From: Methanobacteriota archaeon
GTDB taxonomy: Archaea > Thermoplasmatota > Poseidoniia > Poseidoniales > Poseidoniaceae
Assembly (NCBI GenBank): GCA_002706065.1
Contig: PAJM01000017.1
Location: 12,722-76,721, forward strand
DNA length: 64,000 nucleotides
Reading direction: 5' to 3'
Under the pieces are notes generated by a model that worked only from the letters and a program-made list of their open reading frames with translations, did no database searches and was not told the DNA's origin. The position numbers and the translations under genes are program-made. Positions 38,525-47,435 of the stretch are shown here, piece by piece (the first letter of the stretch is position 1; each line of letters starts with the position of its first letter).

Positions 38525-39481
38525 TTTCGTTTCCATCCATTCTTCAATCAATTGATCACGAATTGCGTTCTCTTTTTCGTACGCATGATTCAGTTCTGCA
38601 ACGATGTGAAACGTAAAATCGGATTGGCTATTATCGTGAACATCAATGAGAAGTGCCGCATGTTGTGTACCCAACGTTGCATCATGTTTGGCTTGAATCA
38701 GCAATGTCGGACACGAAGGGAATCCCCAAATTGGTGTTGACAATTGTTCTACTGAATCTACTTGGTATATTGGAGGATTAATTCGATTGTAATACTTTAA
38801 CAATCGATTCATCATTGTCTTGTGGAAGTATGATGGGATACGTAGATACTCACATGTTTGATTGTTAATGTACTCATACGATGTAACAGGAGATTCCAAA
38901 ATCATTCCCAAAGCATACTTCGATGTGTGCAAATCCGGGCGCATGACACGTTGGGCAACAAAACCTCCTAAACTATGACCGTGGATGACGAAACCATTCT
39001 TCAGCCATCCACGTTGTTCAAACGCGTTAAGCACGTTTTCAAGATCATGACAGACATGTAATGCCGCCCAGTTCTTCACGCGTTCACTCCCGCCGTGGGC
39101 TCGCATTTCAAACAAAATGGTGTTGTATCCTGATTGTTCATAGAGTACACTTCGTCCAATCATGTTAGATGCCCTTGAATTCCATCCGTGGATAAGAATT
39201 GCGAGTGGTTTGTCAGGGTCGATGGCTTTCGACAACCAACGAACGGGATAATCAGCAACAGAAAGCACATCCCTGGTCCATTCAACTGGAGGTGGTGAAT
39301 CCTTACGCTGAATTGGAAGCCTTAGCATGAAGCCTAAGGTTAACGCATACCACAAATCACAGACAATGAATGGTGTGAGGTAAATTAGAACATACAATGC
39401 ATCTGTCAATGCCAGACATATGGAGATGAGCAACCAAAACGTTGAATGAGCAACGAATGCAGAAAAACGATGGGTGGACAT
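38507..39481 (-). CDS. Membrane-anchored alpha/beta-hydrolase
   Basis: Nucleophile elbow IHGHSLGG, oxyanion HGWNS, two N-terminal TM helices. Confidence 0.65.
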   Translation of the reverse strand: MSTHRFSAFVAHSTFWLLISICLALTDALYVLIYLTPFIVCDLWYALTLGFMLRLPIQRKDSPPPVEWTRDVLSVADYPVRWLSKAIDPDKPLAILIHGWNSRASNMIGRSVLYEQSGYNTILFEMRAHGGSERVKNWAALHVCHDLENVLNAFEQRGWLKNGFVIHGHSLGGFVAQRVMRPDLHTSKYALGMILESPVTSYEYINNQTCEYLRIPSYFHKTMMNRLLKYYNRINPPIYQVDSVEQLSTPIWGFPSCPTLLIQAKHDATLGTQHAALLIDVHDNSQSDFTFHIVAELNHAYEKENAIRDQLIEEWMETKSLFFG

Positions 39482-39495
39482 AAGGTTGTATTCCT

Positions 39496-40329
39496 TCAGT
39501 CATCTTTGCTTTCTTCTGTTGTTTCTTCCGAATCCTCGGAATTGGCTTTTTCTTCTTTGGCCTTTGCACGCTCTTCAACACGCTTTGCGTACTTTTCACC
39601 AAACTGACTCATGCTTTCGAGTCGAGCTCGGAATCCAGATGTAGCCTTTTCTTCCGGAACATAGCGAACCAGATAGGCTCCAAACATCAGATCAAACAAT
39701 CCTTGATTGAGTTCACTGTTTCGAGTAAATTGCCAGTTCACGATCCAGAGAATCATAAAGACGGCTCCAATCGATGTCATAACCATTGGAGTTGTGCCTC
39801 CATCGGATAGACTGCCTGCTTGTGTAAATATCAGCCAAAATCCAACCAATGAAAGCAATCCGATGTTGTTCACGGCCAATGCATGGAGGAAGTTGGGTTT
39901 TGTTCCATCTCCGCGAATGTAGCGCGTACTGGATGTGAATTGGCCGAGATTGCGGCCAGAATTGAAGGGCAAGAAGATCGAGTTGAATATCAGTACAACG
40001 AGAGAGATCACTGCAACAGCTGTGATTGCAACACCACCGTTTCCTGAACCACCTGTGTATGCTGACAAAAATCCAGCAGTGATAAGCAGAGCAAAATTGG
40101 CTGTGAAATTGATCCACCAGCAGATGACACGACTTAGTTTGGGTGCAATTTCAAACTCTGCTGAAAGACTTGCTGGACGAGGTTTCTTGACCTTTTCCTT
40201 TTTGACTTTCTTCGGTTTTGCAGCAGCAACTTTCGCTGCTTTTGCAGGTTTTGCTACCTTTGCCGCTTTCGCTGGTTTTTTCTTGGTAGCTTCCGTTTCG
40301 CTTGATTCAACTTTGTCGAGTAGTCCCAT
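39496..40329 (-). CDS. RDD-like multi-TM protein with an N-terminal histone-H1-like Lys/Ala/Pro repeat and an acidic C-terminal tail
   Basis: KPAKAAKVAKPAKAAKVAAAKPKKVKK repeat; 4 hydrophobic helices; RYIRGDGTKPNF loop resembling the RDD family. Confidence 0.5.
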   Translation of the reverse strand: MGLLDKVESSETEATKKKPAKAAKVAKPAKAAKVAAAKPKKVKKEKVKKPRPASLSAEFEIAPKLSRVICWWINFTANFALLITAGFLSAYTGGSGNGGVAITAVAVISLVVLIFNSIFLPFNSGRNLGQFTSSTRYIRGDGTKPNFLHALAVNNIGLLSLVGFWLIFTQAGSLSDGGTTPMVMTSIGAVFMILWIVNWQFTRNSELNQGLFDLMFGAYLVRYVPEEKATSGFRARLESMSQFGEKYAKRVEERAKAKEEKANSEDSEETTEESKDD

Positions 40330-40342
40330 ATTCTCGCCTCAT

Positions 40343-41371
40343 TCATGTGTACATTTCAGAAATCTGCTTGTAAATTGCAAAGTCTCCAGATTCGACAAAC
40401 GCAGTAATCGAAGAGTCAGGCATGTTTCCGAGTTGCTCATCGATGATGTTGAAAAATTCACCACGTTGTTCATCACTTATAGCTGTAGGATCAGCTCCAA
40501 CTTCCTTGAACAATTCAAAACCATCGGACGCTAGGAATGCTTGAATTGCATCCTCAGGAAGTTCATCACCGAGTAAATCATTGACAATTGAAAAGAACTG
40601 GGAGAACAGTTCATCGGCCTCATCAATACTTGCGTCTTCCATTTCATCGGTTTCATCTTCGTCTTCCGATGCAGTATCAGCTTCAATGGGCTTGCTCATG
40701 AGTGAGCGCCGTTCAGCCATCAGTTCTTCAAGTTGAGGGACGAGAGCGCGTAATGCGTCTTTGTCTCCATTAGCTTTAGCCGATTTGTATTGCGGTTTGA
40801 GTTCTCTGAGAAGGTTTTCAACCACCGTCAGTCGGTCCGGTTCCTCTTCGTCAAGTAATTCTACAACAGGAGCGTTTCGAACTTCGTTCAGTGCGTCATC
40901 TCGTTCTTTTTTCCTGAGCACAATGATGTCTCGGTCGAGTTCATGCCCGAATCGGTCGGAATATCGATCCAAGAGTGATCCAGATTCACCGGATCCGAGT
41001 CGGTCAATCGCCCCGTATATTTGGGGGAGAGGTTTAGCGGAACGTTTTGCCCATAGATCACCATATTCATTCGATGGTTCCTCCACAGGTGCGGGAGCAG
41101 GTGTGGGGGCAGGGACCTGTGGTGCTGGCGGTTGCTCAACAGGCAATGGAGAAGGTGTTGGCATTGGTGCTGGAGGAAGTTGTGGCTGAGGCGATGGTTC
41201 TGGGATTGGCGCTGCAGGTAACGGTGGAAGTGCAGCCCCTGGTAGTGGGGGCAAATCACCCAATGGAGGCAAAGGAGAAGGTGGAGTTTGTGGAGTTTTG
41301 TTCTTCTTCCGACGTCGCATACACTCACCTCTATATTGACTGGAGGCGATTCTACCCTTGAACCTTACCAC
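40343..41371 (-). CDS. Hypothetical protein with a polyproline (LPPLP-type) N-terminal region, an acidic centre and two C-terminal tandem ~35 aa repeats; probable start at M18 (41320)
   Basis: PPSPLPPLGDLPPLPGAALPPLPAAPIPEP...; repeats FFSIVNDLLGDELPEDAIQAFLASDGFELFKEVG and FFNIIDEQLGNMPDSSITAFVESGDFAIYKQISEMY. Confidence 0.5.
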   Translation of the reverse strand: MVRFKGRIASSQYRGECMRRRKKNKTPQTPPSPLPPLGDLPPLPGAALPPLPAAPIPEPSPQPQLPPAPMPTPSPLPVEQPPAPQVPAPTPAPAPVEEPSNEYGDLWAKRSAKPLPQIYGAIDRLGSGESGSLLDRYSDRFGHELDRDIIVLRKKERDDALNEVRNAPVVELLDEEEPDRLTVVENLLRELKPQYKSAKANGDKDALRALVPQLEELMAERRSLMSKPIEADTASEDEDETDEMEDASIDEADELFSQFFSIVNDLLGDELPEDAIQAFLASDGFELFKEVGADPTAISDEQRGEFFNIIDEQLGNMPDSSITAFVESGDFAIYKQISEMYT

Positions 41372-41410
41372 AAATAGAACACGAAAATGTACATCTTAGT
41401 TTCTTCAAGT

Positions 41411-42610
41411 TCACACCATTTTTGCCCAACCTTTGAGGCTTAGAAACGTAGCCGCAGATTCGGATACGTTTAGACGATCGCCTGCTGAAACATCGTGCTG
41501 GTCCTGTTCGAAACGAAGGACAGCATCGTCGACAATTATTTCCACATCAATCATTTTTTGGTTACCAAAGACAAAAGCTTCACTCAGTGCATCAAATGGA
41601 TCCCCTCCCTCAGCGTCAAGACGGTGGAGAGGGAATTCTGTAACCCTCATTCCAGTTTTCCCATGCAATGAAGTAGGCCAACGTATTTGCCGACGAACAT
41701 CAATAGTGACGACTTCATCGGTTTCACCTGCTGCTCCTAGTACGATTGAGGCATCGGATTTAACAAGATCAAGGAACAACCCTTGGTGTGCCCCTAACCG
41801 TGAAATTTGTCCATTGATTATGGATTGCCGTCGATCATCATGCAGAAACATATCTGCTAATTTTTGAATGCTTGCTGGTCCTTTTCCTGGCTTTCCTTCT
41901 CTTCGGAGATTCTCCTTCAATCCGAGATGCAGTTCTTTCATTATTCTTGGTGCATCTTCATCACCTTGAGCAATGGTGAGAAGTTTGTCAATGAGAGTGG
42001 GTATTTGGTTTCGTATCCGTTTGCTCCAGCCTTTTGCATTGGCATCGCCAAACCGCGTCAGACCACCTTGGACATCAACACCCTCGCCACGTATATGCGA
42101 AACCAACTCCCTTCTGGCTTCAGAATCCAAGTGAAACAACGATGGGTCGCGATAATGGAGATGGAATCCTCGATGACCGGAAAACGTCACTTGCAAGAAA
42201 GATTCATCAAATCCAAATTCAGGTTGAAGAAAATCATTCCAGAGTGCGTGCGCTTGATCTCGAATCACATCCAACATTGCTGGGAAATCACGATCTGTCA
42301 CGCCAGGCAAGTGGTCACCGTCCAAATCAAAAATTAAATCGGCCCCTTGCCACATTTTGTCATCCATTTTTAATTCGTACGGCTTTTGCCAATATGCCGT
42401 TGAATAGAAGCAAGAGTGCATGGCTCGTTCAGAGAGGAATTGACGTAAATCGGTCTCACTTCTGAACGATTTATGACGCAATGGCGGTGCACCACCAAAT
42501 GGAATAAACATCCATTCCCTTTTCGGCATTCTTGGGGGTCTCCAGAATGTAGAATTTTGATAGTAACGGCCAAATTTGTGAGCAAAGCGAGCCCATCCGG
42601 ATGAGGCCAT
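41411..42610 (-). CDS. priS: DNA primase small (catalytic) subunit PriS
   Basis: REWMFIPFGG...MHSCFYSTAYWQ...GADLIFDLDGDHL matches the archaeo-eukaryotic primase catalytic core. Confidence 0.8.
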   Translation of the reverse strand: MASSGWARFAHKFGRYYQNSTFWRPPRMPKREWMFIPFGGAPPLRHKSFRSETDLRQFLSERAMHSCFYSTAYWQKPYELKMDDKMWQGADLIFDLDGDHLPGVTDRDFPAMLDVIRDQAHALWNDFLQPEFGFDESFLQVTFSGHRGFHLHYRDPSLFHLDSEARRELVSHIRGEGVDVQGGLTRFGDANAKGWSKRIRNQIPTLIDKLLTIAQGDEDAPRIMKELHLGLKENLRREGKPGKGPASIQKLADMFLHDDRRQSIINGQISRLGAHQGLFLDLVKSDASIVLGAAGETDEVVTIDVRRQIRWPTSLHGKTGMRVTEFPLHRLDAEGGDPFDALSEAFVFGNQKMIDVEIIVDDAVLRFEQDQHDVSAGDRLNVSESAATFLSLKGWAKMV

Positions 42611-42646
42611 GTAGGCTGCTATGGTTGACAGTTTTTGAACGCAACC

Positions 42647-42856
42647 CTATTCAGTCTTCATGTAGAATTTCTCTTCGGTTTCCCCTACAACGGTGACTGT
42701 ATCTGCGCCGGTATGTTCGACGTAATGTTCCCAGCAGTAGTAGTGTTGATTGTGAACCATAGCCGAACCAAACGTGAGGCGTATACCACACGTATGGCAT
42801 CGTGGCCCAATCTCACCATTCGGGGCTTGTGCGAGTTGGACATGTTCATGTGGCAT
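42647..42856 (-). CDS. Small YHS/TRASH-like metal-binding protein
   Basis: CHTCG-x17-HYYCWEHY resembles the YHS/TRASH Cys-x2-Cys...YYFCSxxC pattern with the last Cys replaced by His. Confidence 0.45.
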   Translation of the reverse strand: MPHEHVQLAQAPNGEIGPRCHTCGIRLTFGSAMVHNQHYYCWEHYVEHTGADTVTVVGETEEKFYMKTE

Positions 42857-42913
42857 CTTCTCACCTGTTTGATGCTAATGGTCTGGGTTCTAAAATGTCT
42901 TGTTGAATTGTAG

Positions 42914-43384
42914 TTATTCCGGCATTGTACTCTTACGTACCCAATCCAACAAGTCCAATGCAACTTCACAAGATTCACTTACTTCGATGTGTTCATCGTC
43001 AAGATATTCCTTCAACACCTCGATCGCTTTAGGGTTGCCAATGGCCCCTAACGCTTCTGCAGCTTCATGGCGGACCATGACATGTTCGTTGGAATCGGAG
43101 AGAATATGAATCAGCGTGGGTATGGCATCGTCCATTTGCATTTGTCCTAATACATAGGCCAGTTCATGTCGTAAAAGAGCACTCTTTGAAGAAAATGCCT
43201 CGCACAGGGCTAAACATGACTCAGATGATCGTATGTTTCTCAGTTTGAACACAGCTCTCATGCGTTGGAACATTTTTTCTTCCTCGTTGAGGAGTGTGGA
43301 GCGTAATGTATCCAACTCGGTGAATTCTGATGCGGGCGCAGGATCTACCGAACCGTATTCACTCACTTCGGGGCGCTGAGTCAC
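42914..43384 (-). CDS. Half-length deoxyhypusine-hydroxylase-like HEAT-repeat protein with two His-Glu motifs (DOHH-like diiron-site half)
   Basis: By my recall of DOHH (not verified against a database): SVDPAP linker, LLRHELAYVLGQMQ and VMVRHEAAEALGAIGNPKAIEVL, then IEVSESCEVALD closely mirror one half of eukaryotic DOHH. Only one half (~156 aa) is present, starting 6 nt after the mqnD stop. Confidence 0.7.
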   Translation of the reverse strand: MTQRPEVSEYGSVDPAPASEFTELDTLRSTLLNEEEKMFQRMRAVFKLRNIRSSESCLALCEAFSSKSALLRHELAYVLGQMQMDDAIPTLIHILSDSNEHVMVRHEAAEALGAIGNPKAIEVLKEYLDDEHIEVSESCEVALDLLDWVRKSTMPE

Positions 43385-43390
43385 AATGTT

Positions 43391-44272
43391 TCACTCCACT
43401 GCGCCAATGAATGATAGACTCTCGACATCAAAGTCCTCTCGAATCATACCTAACTCTTGACCTTCTTTGAGGAATTGTCGTATTGAGGAACGACCTTCTG
43501 GTTTGTAGTCAATGGTGCGGTCGTTGACGTACATCGTTACAAATTTTTGATTTGTCTCATCGTCAATTCCACGACCCCAAGCCTTTGCAAATTCTAGCGC
43601 TTCTTCAGGATGCGTGATTGAATGCTCAATACTCATCTTTGTGTACATTGTAATATCTTCCATTATTTGTTGGCCAAGGTCACGACGCACTACGTTCCCA
43701 CCCAAGGGCATAGGCCAACCGTTGGTGCGTTCATTCCACCAAACACCAAGATCGATGAGGACATTCAAGTCGTGTTCTACATACGTCAGCTGACCTTCGT
43801 GGATGATGAGACCGCATTGATAGGTATCGTCGAGAATTCTTGGAATGATTTCATCAAATGCTACGACTTCAACATCTACATCACCCCATGCCAATCTGAG
43901 CCCAAGATATGCAGATGTTTTCAATCCAGGGATTGCAATCTTCGATAATTTCGCCTCTTCAAGACTCAAACCTTGCTTAGCGACGATCATTGGTCCATAT
44001 CCCTCACCCATTGATGCTCCACAATTCATCAAGGCATAATTCTCTGCGATGTCCGGATATGCATGAATGGATACTGCAGATACCTCAAGGTCACAGTTCA
44101 TTGCACGGTGGTTAAGAGTTTCTATGTCCTGAAGTTCGTGGACAAAATTGTAACCAGGCGTTGGAAACGCGTTCGTCGTCATGGCATGAAACATGAATGC
44201 ATCATCAGGATCTGGTGAGTGTCCGATGCGAACTATGAGGTTGCCATGTTCATCTCGTGGAAGATTCGCCAT
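43391..44272 (-). CDS. mqnD: 1,4-dihydroxy-6-naphthoate synthase MqnD (futalosine pathway)
   Basis: IGHSPDPDDAFMFHAM, IETLNHRAM, GLIIHEGQLTY, LGVWWNERTNGWPMPLGGNVVRRDL, HPEEALEF closely match the MqnD family. Confidence 0.85.
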   Translation of the reverse strand: MANLPRDEHGNLIVRIGHSPDPDDAFMFHAMTTNAFPTPGYNFVHELQDIETLNHRAMNCDLEVSAVSIHAYPDIAENYALMNCGASMGEGYGPMIVAKQGLSLEEAKLSKIAIPGLKTSAYLGLRLAWGDVDVEVVAFDEIIPRILDDTYQCGLIIHEGQLTYVEHDLNVLIDLGVWWNERTNGWPMPLGGNVVRRDLGQQIMEDITMYTKMSIEHSITHPEEALEFAKAWGRGIDDETNQKFVTMYVNDRTIDYKPEGRSSIRQFLKEGQELGMIREDFDVESLSFIGAVE

Positions 44273-44294
44273 GAACGTCCCAAGGACGTTTCAT
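44271..44294. repeat. Near-perfect palindrome ATGAACGTCC-CAA-GGACGTTTCAT spanning the mqnD start codon
   Basis: Read directly; 9/10 matching arm positions; the CAT at 44270-44272 is the mqnD ATG on the minus strand. Confidence 0.3.
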
Positions 44295-44378
44295 TCAAGA
44301 ACCAACCGACTCATTTTGAAAACAAAATTCACTCTCAATTAACGGATTGTTTATGTAATTGTTGAGTATGTTCAGTAC

Positions 44379-46637
44379 ATGGTAACAGGAGGTCGAATTC
44401 GAGATGTTCTCATTCTCCTTGTTGTCGTAGGTACTTTGTGCTGTTCTAGCACGGCATCCGCATCCAATGAACTCTTCTTTAATGAGGCGATTGAAGTTGC
44501 CGATGTAGACACTGGTATACGAACCATTGAAGTGGATGCATCTGGAAACGTATTTGCAACATTCGGATCAGTTTTGTACAAACTGTCGGACTCAGGTTCC
44601 GTTCTAGCAGAACGAACATTTGAGAAGGAAATTACGGCTACCGCCATTTCGCCAGATTTTACGAAATTAGCACTCACACTCCGTTCGGGTTCGAGTGGAG
44701 ACGATTCAATCTTTATTTTGTCAACTGGTGATTTGAGTACACAGGTTTCGAGTGATACCACACGTACAAACGCCTTCATCCTTGAGTGGTCACCAAACGG
44801 GGGTGATCTCTATTCAAATGATCCGAACGCAGGCATGATTCAATTGAACCGAGAGACACTTGCAGAAGACGTATCCTATCAAGGCAACCATACAGGAACA
44901 ATGGCTTGTGTGGACATATCCGGCAACAGTGGTGCAGTACTCACTGCAGATGAAAACGGATTGATTCAGTTGTGGAACAACGATGGTGATGTTATCCAAC
45001 ATGAATTTCAGCTCCAGTCATCAATCCTAGATTGTGCTATTGGATACAACGACCAATACTTTTCAGTGTCAACTCCAGAAGATGGGATCCGTAAGTGGAC
45101 ATTTTCAGGATCGGAACTTAAACCGATAGATGTTAATGGAGCGGAGAGGTACCAATTTACCACAAGCGGGGACAAGGTTATCGTTCACAAAAGCACACCT
45201 TCTCAGCACATTCTCGTGTATGATTATGTCAATGAGATATCTGTCAATCAAATCTCAATGTTCCACACGTTTGATGATTATGTGGTGATGTTTGACGGTG
45301 CTGGAACCATTTCCGATATTTTCCTTAATTCAAAGGTAGATTACATCGTGAAATACGGGACCTCAATAGAGCGTGTAGGTGTCGGAGCATCGGGAATCGA
45401 TACAGATGGTGATGGTGTCCCTGATTCTTTGGATGATGATGATGATGGGGACGGAATTGAAGACAATTGGGACCTCAATTGTGCTGACGTTGGAATTGCA
45501 TGCGATCTCCTTCCAGATGAAGATCTTGTTCGTTCCATAAATTTGAACATCAACAAGACCAACTTCATCGTTGAGCAGACATTCACATTCAATAAAGCCA
45601 CGTCAGCAAGCATCCGAGATTTGTCTCGCTTGTCGTTGGATAACGATGTACGATTATCTTCCGATGAAGCACAGCTCTTGGCAAGTACGATTTGTTCGAA
45701 CATTGATCAAGAAGCTGCAAGTACAGGTATAACATCCACCATAACCATCGAAAATGCTTCACTCAACTTCACACACATGGACTGTTCAATCGAACAAGGA
45801 ATGACGCTTGTCCCAACCAACGACAGGACCTCTCACATTCGATATTCGATATCGTTTGTCTATGACATCGAAACAACTCAACCATTGGATGGGACGGCTG
45901 TTGATGTTGAAAATCATCGATTCCCCAGTTCTGGAAGTGTTACTGAACTAAGTGATCAACACCCAATTCGCATAACAATAGGTGGGCCTACGATCATAAC
46001 GCAAGTGTATGTTCCGTGGCACATACAACAATCAGATGTAACGTTTAATCTCGAGTCGGTGAAAGAAGACAATGACAATCTAAATCCAAAAAATATACTG
46101 TCTTCACCTCTGACAATCGGAATCATTCTTGTTGGAATATTTGTTGTTGGATTTGTTGCTCAACGACTCTATGATCTCGTTTCTAAATCAGGTTATGACA
46201 TTGAATTGGATGACGAAGATGATGAAAATGATGCATCGGATGCTGATGAGTTAGACGACGACTACGAAGATGAAGCGTATTATCATGAAGAAGCGTTTGA
46301 AGAGGAGCCTGTTGAAGAAGCGGTGACTGAAACCGTAAAAAGGAGACCTGCGCGACGCAAAACCGTTGGCAAAACGTCGAAGCGCGTCCCCATTGATTCT
46401 TCAGAAGCAACTCAGGCAAAAGAGCTCCTTGAACAATCTTCCAACGAAGTAGTCCGTAAGCGTAGAGCACGACGATCTGAACAGGACCCTGGAACGAGTA
46501 AGCGAAGGAAACTGAGTGATGTTGAACCTAGCGATTCAAGACCGCGTAAACGGCGAGCAGTGCGGCGTGATGTTGCCAATGATGAGGAGATGGATGAGAC
46601 ACTGAAGCGCTTTGTTTCAGAATCACCAGAGGAATGA
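44379..46637 (+). CDS. Large surface protein: signal peptide, beta-propeller-like N-terminal region, TSP3-type Ca-binding repeats, C-terminal TM helix and an acidic then basic cytoplasmic tail
   Basis: Signal LILLVVVGTLCCSSTASA. Repeats DTDGDGVPDSLDDDDDGDGIEDNWD. TM helix ILSSPLTIGIILVGIFVVGFVAQ. Tail RKRRARRSEQ...RPRKRRAVRR. Confidence 0.7.
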   Translation: MVTGGRIRDVLILLVVVGTLCCSSTASASNELFFNEAIEVADVDTGIRTIEVDASGNVFATFGSVLYKLSDSGSVLAERTFEKEITATAISPDFTKLALTLRSGSSGDDSIFILSTGDLSTQVSSDTTRTNAFILEWSPNGGDLYSNDPNAGMIQLNRETLAEDVSYQGNHTGTMACVDISGNSGAVLTADENGLIQLWNNDGDVIQHEFQLQSSILDCAIGYNDQYFSVSTPEDGIRKWTFSGSELKPIDVNGAERYQFTTSGDKVIVHKSTPSQHILVYDYVNEISVNQISMFHTFDDYVVMFDGAGTISDIFLNSKVDYIVKYGTSIERVGVGASGIDTDGDGVPDSLDDDDDGDGIEDNWDLNCADVGIACDLLPDEDLVRSINLNINKTNFIVEQTFTFNKATSASIRDLSRLSLDNDVRLSSDEAQLLASTICSNIDQEAASTGITSTITIENASLNFTHMDCSIEQGMTLVPTNDRTSHIRYSISFVYDIETTQPLDGTAVDVENHRFPSSGSVTELSDQHPIRITIGGPTIITQVYVPWHIQQSDVTFNLESVKEDNDNLNPKNILSSPLTIGIILVGIFVVGFVAQRLYDLVSKSGYDIELDDEDDENDASDADELDDDYEDEAYYHEEAFEEEPVEEAVTETVKRRPARRKTVGKTSKRVPIDSSEATQAKELLEQSSNEVVRKRRARRSEQDPGTSKRRKLSDVEPSDSRPRKRRAVRRDVANDEEMDETLKRFVSESPEE

Positions 46638-47402
46638 GGGCATTTCCTTCAAGCCACAACAATTCGCTAGGAATTGGCGAAGACCGTCCACATGTTCATC
46701 ATCAAGACGATTGAAGACCTCACCAAAGTATCGATTCAAACGTTCCATTGACATGTCTGAATGGAGGTGTGCATGGAGAAGGACCTTTTCACGTGTCAAC
46801 GGGTTTTCTTCGAATGAACTAAGCCGTGAGAGGAGTGCTTGATGTGCTGCTTTAACAGCTTCAAGCGGTGTATCTTTACGTGCAGCAAAGACTCCGAAGA
46901 CCATTGGTTGACCAGTGAGATCGAGCCAAGCTTGCCCCAAGTCAAGCTGGACCAATTCAGGATTGGTTTTTGCTCGATCAAGTGCTCGATCACCAATGAG
47001 TAATGCTCCATCGCATCGTTCAAGCATTGTATCCAAATCAGGACCCATCTCAACAGGTCGAGGGTCGATTCCACGTTGCTTCAGAAGGAATTTGAGCAAA
47101 GCAACGGATGATGATGAATCAGTAGGCAGTGCGATATCTCGCATTTCTTCAAGTGGCCTGTTTCCAAACACGAGAACACTACCAACTTCTCCTTTGGAGC
47201 AAATTCCGATTTCTGGGACGAGTGCAAGTTCATCGCTGTGTTTGGCGTAATCAGCCGCCGGTATTGGTGCAAGGACACAATCTCTGCGTAGCAAGTGACC
47301 AGTAAGCCATGAGGGAGGAGCCGGTAGAACATGGTACGATTCATCCAAACCAACGAACAGTGGATCGCAATTCATGAATGCAACTCGACCAATGGTCTTC
47401 AT
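46623..47402 (-). CDS. mqnA: Chorismate dehydratase MqnA (futalosine pathway)
   Basis: GRVAFMNCDPLFVGL, SSVALLKFLLKQRG, GALLIGDRAL, QPMVFGVFAARKD fit MqnA; start at M9 of the ORF-track frame. Confidence 0.8.
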   Translation of the reverse strand: MKTIGRVAFMNCDPLFVGLDESYHVLPAPPSWLTGHLLRRDCVLAPIPAADYAKHSDELALVPEIGICSKGEVGSVLVFGNRPLEEMRDIALPTDSSSSVALLKFLLKQRGIDPRPVEMGPDLDTMLERCDGALLIGDRALDRAKTNPELVQLDLGQAWLDLTGQPMVFGVFAARKDTPLEAVKAAHQALLSRLSSFEENPLTREKVLLHAHLHSDMSMERLNRYFGEVFNRLDDEHVDGLRQFLANCCGLKEMPSFLW

Positions 47403-47435
47403 CCAACGGGGAGATTGTGTTAACATTGTTTCACC

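Noticed and set aside
40761-41361. ORFs 40761..41189 (+), 40888..41328 (-), 41047..41361 (+) rich in Gly/Ala/His
   Set aside because: Frame artefacts of the GC-rich proline-coding tract of the 40343..41371 gene.
42914-43384. Interpretation of the DOHH-like ORF as a truncated pseudogene remnant
   Set aside because: It has a clean ATG 6 nt after the mqnD stop and an intact frame. Both HE motifs and the HEAT repeats are preserved, and the flanking genes leave no room for a missing half, so it looks like a bona fide short gene.
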